DNA of 62,030 nucleotides, filler included, from Basidioascus undulatus (lineage: Eukaryota): NCBI GenBank assembly GCA_000826855.1. It is 10 parts of 10 records of this genome, joined end to end, with 100 filler letters (N's around TTAATTAATTAA, not from the genome) between each part and the next. Parts side by side here need not be neighbours in the genome. Positions count along the whole stretch, not along the records: positions 49,731 to 55,832 come from JTLS01001810.1; positions 55,933 to 62,030 come from JTLS01001811.1; 8 more parts are not named here. One strand, given 5' to 3'. Position numbers and translations under genes: made by a program. Positions 51,426-62,030 of the stretch are shown in pieces. Within the stretch, counting starts at the first letter, position 1, and every line of letters starts with the position of its first letter. Below the pieces are notes generated by a model. That model saw nothing but the letters and a program-made list of their open reading frames with translations. It ran no database searches and was not told the origin of the DNA.

Positions 51426-53920
51426 AAGAGGAGAGATGTTGGATGGTGGCCTGTCAGTTTTTGGCCAGCGTTGGGATGGCGCGATGGGGATGCTGGGCTT
51501 TGGGTGTTTCTGGGAATTTGCGTGCCTTTCAGGACGATACGGTTGACGGACGGTGTTGACGATGATTCTTGCAACGATTTAAAGACACTTTCGGAGCTCT
51601 TTGATAACCTTCAGCGACTGCGTTCGGTCGGGACAGATTCTGGCAGGTCCATATACGCTCAATTGTCCTCCGTTCTATGGCTCTACAACTCTACCTGAGG
51701 CCTATTGACCCCCCAGTCCTACCCGTTACTTAATTCACCCACGCTCGAAAAACGCAGCTGCGATGTGATGTTTTAGGCTTCACAGGTGCACTCGCGACCA
51801 ATGGCCTGGCCCACGTGCGGTTCAGCGTTGCACGCTGTCAGAATATTCGGCTCTTTTCTGGACAGCTGGGATGCATTGATAGTGTCATTGCAAAATCCAA
51901 GCCACATTTGCATGGACGAGTGCTTCCTGTCGACAACTGCAGGTCGACAAGTGAAACGGGGCGGTAGCCGGCCCACCGGTGTCGACCAATCTGTTACTCC
52001 TTTCCTCCGTTGTCCAAGGGAATTTTTTTTTTTCTTTTTTCTCCTATGATTGTAGGTAAAGAGATTCACGAATAGTTACGTAATATTTGTCTCGCGCGAA
52101 GTCTCTCACCTGACTTTCGGCGCAGCGTAAACGTACGCTGTACATCTTCAACAGTGTCCCCTTGACCCGTTTCATTAACAAATCACGTTTTCTGTAGATC
52201 TACGCTCTTATTGAGCACTTCCTTTGTGGTATACATAACAGCCAGCCATCGGATTTCGAGTTTGAGCCGCCTCCCATCAACAAGCATCAGTCATCATCTA
52301 GTCTGTCTGAGAGAGCCAGTCAAGCCCGGGGATCTTGAAAGATTGCCCTCTCTCTTTCAGAACTTGAAATGGTAAAATCCTCTTTCTGCCCTGCTGGTTA
52401 CTGTATAACTGGACTACACAGTCGTCGGAGAGCTGCTGAGAGCCGGCTACCGAGCTTCACAGCTGACACAGCTGAACAGAGGATCGGGTGCGCTCCCCTT
52501 CCATCGGCAATCCGTACTGAGTACTTATACCAATTCCTTTACTAAAATAAAAATCAAGCCTGCCACAATTGCATTGAATGAGACCCTCGCCGTTGGATTC
52601 GGATAATGGGATAGGCACTGAAGATGGAAAGCGATGCCGTTGCCGTTAACAGATCGGCCTTCGGATGAAGACTTGTCTTGGTTTCAGGTATGCTTCTTCA
52701 TACTAGTGGACTGGTTGGGGTGATCGTCTCGACGGTCTGAACGTCCCTTCCCATGGAACTTCTCGACAATCGCGGGTTTGGCTATGCCGCTCTGTTTTAT
52801 CTTAAGACTCTCATCTGCATGTCCAGCACTTCAAAAAGCATTGTACATATGATTAAGTCAGAAAAATAACACTGAAAAACAGAAGAGGCATGAAAACAGC
52901 CAGCCTGAATTTCTACGTCTTGTGCTTTGCGTCTCAGGCGCTGTCAGACCTCCTGGCCAGTGCCAACAGAAGGAACTGATTGCCTTCGAGACCCTCTGGA
53001 AAATTTCAGAACAGTATAAAACTACTATTAGAAGGTCCTGTTCAGGTTAAAATGCCAGTTATTGTAGAGAAACTGAGCGAACGACCCAAAATCTCCTGGG
53101 TTGTCAGCGGGTCTGACAGCAAGGGACGGTCAGGCCAACGAGACAGCTGCGTGGGAAATCTGACCCCTCTGCTTTGCACAATTTTTTGCTCGCCTCCCCC
53201 TGAAAGGGAGCCGTCTGTGGTTTCAGTGGTAGACAGTAGATGCATAGGGCTACAAAACAATATATGGGAGCGAGGCCTTTTATCAAGTGAGTTGCGAAGC
53301 TACAGGCGGCTTTTACTTAAGGGGACGGTCACCCCGACGAGTCTACTCACCATCCAAACCCAAGGATACTTGGCTGCGGATGGCCGCGACGGGGTTGTGG
53401 TTGTGGAAGCATGAAGCGAGCTGAATCGAGGAGATAGCTCAGTTCTTGCTTCTCTTTGCTGACCGCTTACGTCCAGCTGCCGACCGTCTTCCTCCACCTT
53501 TGTCTTCCTCTGTCCACAGTTACAGTTGTCTACGATTTCGTGCGTACACTTGATGTCTACAGAAAGGAGCAGGATTGGCAAGCTGTGCAGTCGTTCCAAG
53601 GCCGAATGTATTGATAGAAACGCCGCCATGAGCGTCACACCAGCACAGCTACGTCGTTTCGAAGGAAGAAACGGGGTGGACCCCATGTTTCCTTCACCGC
53701 TAATCCTGCACCTCGCCCCGTTATAGGAGGCTCCGCATTCCGCCCTTTATCTCTTATTTCGTTCGGCTAGACCGCTCTGCCGCTCTCCTGGGACTTCTGG
53801 TCTCTTCACCGCTCACCATCTGCACCTTGGGGCGCGGGCGCTCTTTCGCTTTTGCACAAGCTCACACTTACCACTTCGACTGCACCGGCGCGTTCCTTGC
53901 TAGCTCTAGCCGAAGCTGCT

Positions 53921-55832
53921 ATGTCGTATCGTCCACCTCAACATGATCCCTTCACCGATTTCAAACCCGGTGGCCCTCCTCGTAGCGATAGCTATATGAT
54001 GGACCCGTTTGCCCCCCGCCCGCCGACGACCTCGGGCGTCAGCCTCTCGGACGACCAGTTCTCTTCTTCGACGGCTCACGCTCCCTACATTGCCCCCTCT
54101 CGTACCGAAACTCCGTACCCTTCTTCGTCGCATCTCGCGGGCGGCGGAGGGTATGCCTACGGACGCTCGCCCTATAGCGATGATTCGGACGAGAATGAGG
54201 CAAAGCAACCACTGACAAGCGGTGGTAGAGGGGGATATTTTTCCGGCCCGTGAGTGATGCTTCTGTTGTATGCAAAGGTTCCCGAAGTTTTAGGCTCACG
54301 TGGGACGAGGGTTAGTCGGATGCCGTACAACGATCCGTACGCTGCGCGCTACTCACCGGGTCCGCAATCGATCAACACCGTCGAGGCCGACTGGCGACGC
54401 CGGCAGACGATCAAGCGCGGAAGAGCAAAGACTGTCAAAGTAAAGCTTACGAAAGGTCAGCCGCTTCGCTGTGCAGCTCGGACGGTTGCCTTGAGAAACT
54501 GAAATGACAGGGAGCAGGCCATTTCATTCACGAGTGTGGACTGCGCTTTCCTTGAAATGCTACCTGGGGGAGAGTTTCTCACTGGGGGAGGAAGCAAAGA
54601 TATCCAGTTCCGACGGCCATCAAAAATGCGATCGAGCCACGCTACGCGCAAACGAAGACGAGCGAGTTCAGTGCGTCTCTCCATGAGTGTGCAGCTGACA
54701 TCGCAGCCCAAAGAAGCTGACTTGTCTTGATGATCTCTCTTCAGCGCACATGCGGTATTCCGCGGCAACGTGCGACCCGGACGACTTCACGACCGAGAAT
54801 GGCTGGTCTCTCCGTCCTTCCATGTACGGGCGCGAGACGGAGCTCCTCATCGCCGTCACGTCGTACAACGAGGACAAGTTCCTCTACGCGCGCACGCTGC
54901 ACAACGTGATGCTTAACGTCCGCGACATCTGCAAAACCAAGGTGCGTGCTTGCTGCTGCTATGCTTGGCGAGACCTCCCGTGCGTGCTGACATGCAACGT
55001 CGATGCGCAGGCAAGCAAGTACTGGCGCTCGGCGGGCGTCGAGGGCGGTAACCCGGCCTGGCAGCGCATCACGGTCGCGCTTATTGTCGATGGTCTCGAG
55101 CCGATGGACAAGACCGTGCTCGACCTTTTGGCGACGGTCGGGGTCTACCAAGACGGCGTGATGAAAAAGAAGGTCGACGACAAAACCACCGAGGCGCACA
55201 TCTTCGAGGTGCGATACCTCCTGTTTTGCACATGTTTTGTTTTGCTGCTGACAATGGTCTGAATGGGGCGTGCAGTACACCACTCAACTTTCGGTCGACA
55301 CGACCCCGCAGCTGATCGTGCCGCATGGAGACGAGTGAGTACGGCTGTCTATTCGACACTGTCGGGCACCCTGACACCCTCGCCCGCAGCCACAACAACC
55401 TCGTACCTGTCCAGATCATCTTCGTTCTGAAGACCAAGAACCAGAAGAAGAGTACGTTTCTGACCGCTCTCGCTTTGGACCACGCGTGCTGATGGACTGG
55501 GCTGTCTACACGCAGTCAACTCCCATCGCTGGCTGTTCCACGCCATCGGCCGCATGCTCCAGCCGGAAGTGTGCATCTTGATCGACTCGGGTACCAAGCC
55601 GTACCACAAGTCCCTGTACTACCTGTGGGAGGCGTTCTACGTGCGTAGCTTCCTCACAGAACCCCCAGTGTTAGGCGGCCCATCATTCTCGCAATCAACT
55701 ACAGAATAACCCAAACCTGGGCGGCTGCTGCGGAGAGATCTACGCGCAGCTTAAAGGCGGCAAGAAACTCCTTAACCCTCTTGTCGCGGCGCAGAAGTAC
55801 GTTCCCCCCCTTCTCTCCCCCCCCCCCCCCCC
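53921..55832 (+). CDS. Chitin synthase, division 1 (class III-like), 3'-truncated
   Basis: [86 protein letters not shown]. Confidence 0.97.
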
Positions 55833-56576
55833 NNNNNNNNNNNNNNNNNNNNNNNNNNNNNNNNNNNNNNNNNNNNTTAATTAATTAANNNNNNNNNNNN
55901 NNNNNNNNNNNNNNNNNNNNNNNNNNNNNNNNGGCGGGCGAGACATGCGTCTGTGGGGAGATGGTTCGTGCGGGGGTCGAAAGAGATGGGAGGTGGAGGG
56001 ATGGTGAGATGGGAAGGAAAGGAGCGCAGGCAGCCGCCCTTATCCTCGAAACGCCAGGAGCACTCCCAGCCGTCTGCCCCGCCCACGCCGGATCCAGAGA
56101 TGCCTTAGTCCCGAACGTTGGGAACAGTATTTGTGACTCCCCTATGGAACAGGAAATCGGATCGTAGTCGCTTTGGGTTACTGTTCAGTTGCGATGCGCA
56201 TCTCGCAGAGGTGGCGGGCGGCCAAGCACTGCAGTGTCCGAATCCGGACAGAGGCTCAAACTTAGTAAACTATTGCTTATAACTGGATTCAAAAGTTCTT
56301 CTGGACTTCAAATGTTACTCAAGGTCTGACACTGACCGTCAAGTGAGGATCTACTGCGAGCGCCGACACTGTCTACAAACGACCGCTCGGGAGCGCGTGG
56401 GTGAACCGCGTCAACGCCACATCATAATCCGTATTTTGGCAGTCGAGGAAGACGTTGAATTAGTTGGATCGGAGAGTGAAAAGAAGAGATGGCTCATGCG
56501 CGAGCTCCCAGTGATTTACAGACAAGAACGCATATGCATGTTCAACACGCCTACACCCCTCCTCAGACCAGTGGAT

Positions 56577-57855
56577 TCAAAAGTGCCTACACATTGCCAT
56601 CTCCCTGCCGCGCAACCGCAACGCGGACCCACCCCTCAACTGACGCACACTCGTCCAGATGCTTATTGAGATTTCATTGCCTCCGTGTCCCTCGGTCGGG
56701 AGAGGTCCCAGTTGAGCGAGAGTTAAAAATTCTGGCAAGTCGAAGTGGATCAGCCGGACGGCTGGAGGCTCGCGTTTGAGGAAATGATGGAGAAGGTCGA
56801 GTAATCTCCTGGAGTATAGTTCGGGGTTCATCGACGTGAGGCGCACAAAGCGAGGGGACTTGCACGGTATTCCGGTCAGGAACTGCACGCGCAAGTTGAG
56901 CTTGACGAGGTTGCGCGTGTGCACGAAGGGGGGGGGCAGGGGCAGTGCTCGCTTTCCCGGTTGCCGAAAACAAGATCAAAAGGTGTCCCTGCGCGCGGAT
57001 GAGGGCGATCAGGGCCGCAGGCGTGCCGTAGCGCTCGAGGTCGACTGTGAGGGCCCGGAGGGAGGGGAGCGACGCGGAGGAGAGGGGCGTGCCTTGCGAA
57101 GTTGACGAGGAACACGTGGTCCAGCGCAAGTGAGACGAGCTGTGGGAGTACGAGGGGCGCGGCGGTGCCATGGGATGCAGGGGTACACGCGCATGTCGAG
57201 GTGGCGGAGCGATGTGAACCGGCTGAGGAGCTCGAGCGGCAGAGGGCGGGTGCTGGGGAACGTGATCCGACCGCATGCTAGACGTGCGCAGCGTGGACGC
57301 GCTTGTGCGGGCCAAAGCAAGGACGGTGTGAAGACCGATAGAGACCAGGTCGCACTCGTTCGGAGTCTAAGCATTAGTGGTGTTGGACGATACGAGCGGC
57401 CTCTAGGCGGTGGTGTTGAACGATTCGAGCAACCCAAGCTGCGAAACAAGAAGGCCGGGCAGAGGTCGTCGAGATTGTGCTCAAGGTCCAAATATAGTCG
57501 ATATTGCGCTTCGAAAGACCCCCGGAAGTGACGGATGAGATAGACGGGGTCGGCGCTCTCGTCAAGGGAGGCAGTGACAAGGCGAAGAAAGAGGCGAGGG
57601 ACAGTTGCGAAGGCATAGACTGTACCGATAGTACACCGGCCGCGCAAGGTTCTGGACAACGATAAACAGCCCGGCGTGAGATGTCTTCCATAGGCAAAAG
57701 AGGAACAGGAAAGGGCCGGACGCACTCTGAACTTTGAATAGACTCGCATCAAGCTGAATGCCACCTGGCCGGTCTTCCCCCCTCCGCGACGAGAAGATAT
57801 CCGTCCAGATCTCGCCCGGGATTGGCGACAAGGGACTGAACGGCGCGGTGTCCAT
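56577..57855 (-). pseudogene. F-box/RNI-like gene, frameshifted pseudogene
   Basis: MDTAPFSPLSPIPGEIWTDIF (F-box), LARPVYYR, LLSRFTSLRHLDM, SLPSLRALTVDL and TRNLVKLNL fall in successive different frames with no obvious introns. Confidence 0.7.
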
Positions 57856-58717
57856 CGGTTTAACGTGCAACGATGGAAATCGTTTCTCGGTGGTTGAGGA
57901 TAAGCAAGCAAGAGGGAGCAAGACGATGTCGAGAGACGAGAGGTGAGGGCGCAGCCTGCATTATTTGTCGGCAAGAAGAATCGAGAAGAATGCTCTGCGG
58001 CTTGTCCGACGGAACACCGCCCGATATGCAACGAATATTTCCAGTATTGTTTGGAATGAATTTGTACGTACGGTGAATTTCGGAGGCTGCATACTTTCGA
58101 TGTCAGTCTTCCTATGCGTTTGTGATGATATGGTCCAAGTAAGATGACACTTCTCATTGCCCGATGCCACGTCCTTTTCCTCCTCCATTTCCCTCTACTT
58201 TCCCTGCACAGAACCACACCCGCCCATCAACTCTTAAACTCATGCTTCACAAATCCTCCCCCGCCCCGCCCCGGCCCCTCGTCTCACCCAGCGCGTACTA
58301 CATGAACAATCCTCCGCCCTAAGCCAAACCAGCAGCGCCATATGCTCAAAAGAAAACCCACTCATCATATGAGTGATAAGACGAACAAACGGAACTCAGT
58401 GCTGCTGCTGCGGGCGTGTGCTAGGTGTTCAAAAAGACGAAGGACGAGCGCGATCAAGGCAAGTGAAAGTCGACATGTCGAATCGAAGTAGCCGAACGGA
58501 ACGAGGCGAGATGGACGAGCGGGACGGGGGCGGGGGTGTGGGCGAGGGTGTATTGTGTCGAGGAGGGAGGGACGTGCGGAGAGACGGGAGGGGGAGACCG
58601 GGGAGCTGGCAGATCGAGACCGAGATCGAGATGGGGAGGGAGATGGATGGGCGAAGGATGGGTGGAAGATGGAGATGGTGGAGGAAAGAAGGAGAGCGAG
58701 AGCGAGAGGCGGCCGGA

Positions 58718-60267
58718 CTACATGGCCAGCTGCGCCTGCAGCGCCCGTAGCTCCGCCTCGTCCTCGTCCTCGTCCTCCTGGACCTGCGGCGCTCGCCTTG
58801 CCGCTGTTTTCCCCACCATCCCAACAACAGCACCCACGCACCACACGTCCACAATCCCATGTCAGTCCCCTCAGTCCCTCTCTCGAAACAGCACCGCAGA
58901 GAAACTTGACACCAGGGAAAGGGAATAGGAACGAAAGAAAGGGAGGTGAGGAGGAGGGGAGAAGGGGGGACGACGCACGTTCCGCAGTCTTCGCCGCCGG
59001 CGTCGGGCTGTGCACCGGCGCGCGCTCGGCGCCGATCAGCCGCGCCTTGAGCTCCTCCTGCTCGAGCTCTTCCAGCTCGGCCGTGAGCTCGTCCTGCGGA
59101 CGGGAGCGCAGCGAGCGTGACAATCGTGACGAGCGTGACGAGCGGGGGGGAGGCGTGACGAGATAGTGAAGTGGTGCAGTGCAGCGAGGGGGACGAAGCG
59201 GGGGAGAGAAGCGGGTGGAGTGGGCGGGATTGAGCGAGTCGGGGGAGGGAAAGTGTGCGGAGGGAGAGGGAAGGCGCGCGTGGGGAGCGTGCGGAGGGCG
59301 TGAGTGAGCGGAGGGAGGAAGGCAGGGAAGGCAGGGATCTCGTCAGCACCTCCCGAGCAGGAGAGATGGAGAAACGGGAACGGCAACGCACCTCGTCGAT
59401 CGGATCGTGGTGAACCGGGTTGGAAATCGCGTCCGAGATCTCGTTGGTGAGGTCCATCTGCTCGCGTATCGAGTCCATCGTCGCGTCCACCTTGTCGATA
59501 TTCCTATCACGTCCCCGCCCAGTAAGTTCCATTGATCGCCGCAAAAGAAAGATTAGGTGGGTGGACGCACAGGTTCCCATGGATGCCCTTGAGCGCCTCG
59601 GACCCGCGCTTCATGGCGGTGATGGTCTCGAGGTTCATGTTTGCGCTCTCGAGCGCGTTCACCTGCGCCTCGAGCGTGAGGCGCGTGCCCGCGATCCGGT
59701 CCAGCTCAGCCTCGTGCGCCTTTTTTTGGCGGAGGGCGGCGGTGGCCACTGCCGGGGAGAGGGGCGAGGGGGGGTCAGCGTGCGTGCGAGGGGGATGGCA
59801 GGGAAGCGTGCGGGTGGATGGTAGACGATCCTCCAAAGACACCCTCCAAGGACAATGAGAGGCTCTGTCCCGATCCACAACCCAAGACTACCTTCCGCCA
59901 ACGAGGATGTGGTGGCTCCTCCGAGTGGTCTCCCATAAAACCAAGAAGAAAGCCTCGTCGCCATCTCCATCCCGCCCCCGCCCCCCAAAGCCATGTACTC
60001 ACGCCGCTTATTCGTCGTCGCATTCGCCCTCGCCTTCTTCAACTCGTCCTCAATCTTCTTGTTGAGGTGCTCCTCCTTCTTGTCGAGCATCAGCAGCTGC
60101 TGCCGCAGCCCGACAATCGCGTCTCGCGTGCCCTGCTGTTCCGCCAACCACCCCACATACGCAGGTCAGCTCCCCTCCCCTTCTCTATAACCTTGCTTTG
60201 ATTGTTTGGGAGGCAGACGAACCCGCGTATCACGCCGCCCGAACCAGCCGCCGAGCCAGGTGGACAT
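58718..60267 (-). CDS. SNF7: ESCRT-III subunit Snf7/Vps32
   Basis: RDAIVGLRQQLLMLDKKEEHL, LEAQVNALESANMNLET, IDKVDATMDSIREQ...EISDAISNP, DELTAELEELEQEEL, EAELRALQAQLAM*. Confidence 0.96.
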
Positions 60268-60526
60268 TGCTGATATTGTTTGTGGGTGGGGAGATAGGGA
60301 GGGTGGACGCGGCGACAGGAGTGCGAGTGTTCGCTTAGAAGTGGGAGAGGGTATATGCGTGGGATTCGTGTGCGGTGTGTAGATTGGTAGGAGGCGTTGA
60401 GCGTGTGGAGAATTAGGTGAACGTCGTGCGATGCGATGCGACGACTTGGATAGAGTGCGGCTGATGACCTCGAGCGGAGCCGGGCGGGGCGTGGCGGTTA
60501 CGGTTCGAGGGTTCGATGGGACTTGA

Positions 60527-60549
60527 ACGCGCGACGCGTTCCGAACGCG
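60527..60549. promoter_or_regulatory. Cluster of MCB-like (MBF-binding) elements upstream of SMC3
   Basis: ACGCG (60527), ACGCGT (60534-60539) and ACGCG (60545) lie within 100 bp of the SMC3 ATG. Confidence 0.5.
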
Positions 60550-60624
60550 CCGTCCACCGAGCCCTTGCCCACTTCATCCTCCTCCTTCACTCACTCAAAA
60601 AACTCTCCTACAAGTTCCCACAGC

Positions 60625-62030
60625 ATGCCCCCCCGTGCGAAAGCGCCGAGCACCGATGACGGCGCGAGCTCGATCTCGGAGCCCGTGGACGATGGACCGG
60701 CGCCGGAGGAGCGGTGCTATATCAAGGTCTGTCGGCTTTCGGGAGTGAGAACGCAAGAGGGATGGGGTGGGGCTGATGGGCTGGGTGGGTGCGGGATGGT
60801 GGGAGCAGTCAATTAGTCTGAGCGGGTTCAAGAGCTATAAGGAGACAGTTAAGGTCGAGTTCTCGTGCGTTCTTTCCTTTCCTTTGCGGCACCTCGGGCG
60901 AACGAGTACCTGACACCCGACTGCAGGCCAGGACACAATGTCGTTGTCGGGCGGTAGGTCTTGTCCGCGCACACACACGCGTTATTGATACACCGAGCCC
61001 TGACCCGCTGCCCCCGCCCACCCAGCAACGGCTCCGGCAAATCCAACTTCTTCGGCGGCACGTCGGCTCCCTCTCCGCGCTGCGTCCCGCCGCATGCACC
61101 CCCGCCCCGTCGTCACTCACCCTCCGCCCCCCCACAGCGATCCGCTTCGTCCTCTCCGACGCATACGCGTCCCTCACGCGTGAAGAGCGGCAAGCCCTTC
61201 TCCACGACGGCGGGTCCACATCCACGACCCTCTCCGCCTTCGTCGAAATCGTCTTCTCGAACCCCGACGGTCGCTTCCCGACGGGCAAGCCCGAGGTCGT
61301 TCTCCGGCGCACAATCGGTCTAAAAAAAGACGAGTACTCGGTCGACCGCAAGTCCGCCTCGAAAGGCGACATAGTCAACCTCCTCGAGAGCGCGGGGTTC
61401 TCCCGCTCAAACCCGTACTACATCGTCCCCCAGGGACGGATCGCACGCCTCACAAATGCGAAGGACCATGAGCGGTTGGGTTTGCTGAAGGAGGTTGCGG
61501 GGACGCGGGTGTATGAGGAGCGGAGGAGGGAGAGTAGAAGGATCATGGATGATACGCGGGCGAAGAGGGAGAAGATCGCCGAGACGCTTGGGGGGTTGGA
61601 GGAGAGGTTGGGGGAGCTGGAGGAGGAGAAGGAGGAGCTCAGGGAGTACCAGGAACGGGAGAGGGAGAGACGGTGCTTGGAGTTCGCGATTTATCAGAGG
61701 GAGCTGGAGGAGGTTGTTGTGGCGCTTGATAAAGTGCGTCGTTTCTCTCTCTCTCACTTCCCTTAATACTCGCTTTCTTTCGCGATCGTACTCCCACGCG
61801 CCTTTCGGTCGTAACGCTGATTTCGTGCGACGGACTCCCAGCTCAAAGCCGAGCACGACCTCGAGCTCAACGAGGCCGAGACGCAGCGCGCGGCGTACCA
61901 GTCGAGGCAGCGTCAGATTGCCGTACGTCTTCCTTCTCCCTCACCTTCTTCCCTCTCCCTCTCCTTCCTTCTTCGCCATCCCCGCTCGCCCTGTCGCCGC
62001 ATTCAACCCATTAGCAATCTCCCACCAGAA
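60625..62030 (+). CDS. SMC3: Cohesin subunit SMC3, 3'-truncated
   Basis: [78 protein letters not shown]. Confidence 0.98.

Noticed and set aside
6136..55932. TTAATTAATTAA recurring about every 6.2 kb as a biological periodic repeat or CRISPR-like array
   Set aside because: It is always centred in exactly 44+44 Ns, so it is an artificial concatenation linker.

Overview
This is eukaryotic fungal DNA, most likely from a basidiomycete of the Pucciniomycotina/Microbotryomycetes type (short introns, GTGCGT/GTCCGT/GTACGT donors, very GC-rich exons). It is not one locus. Ten unrelated contigs of about 6.1 kb are joined by nine artificial 100-bp spacers (44 N, TTAATTAATTAA, 44 N), so adjacency across spacers means nothing. 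Sixteen spliced housekeeping-type genes are recognisable, most truncated at a contig end: XPG/FEN1-family nuclease, VTS1, Hook, LCB1, a DUF1752 Gat1/AreA-type factor, CAB2, a UBX protein, an ABHD12-like hydrolase, NPC2, a Rad5/HLTF-like SNF2 ATPase, a MARCH-type RING-CH ligase, KIN4, a BAR-SH3 protein, chitin synthase, SNF7 and SMC3. There are also two convergent intron-containing tRNA genes (His-GTG, Pro-TGG) and an isolated LSU rRNA fragment. Two patterns stand out: the intergenic space is full of decayed genes (several F-box/LRR-like relics, a DUF6534 relic, a secreted-protein relic with an ACG start, a Mug135-like gene), and intact genes alternate between C-rich and G-rich blocks. I found no CRISPR array, intact mobile element or clearly new multi-gene system. 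All family calls come from motif recognition by eye, not database searches.
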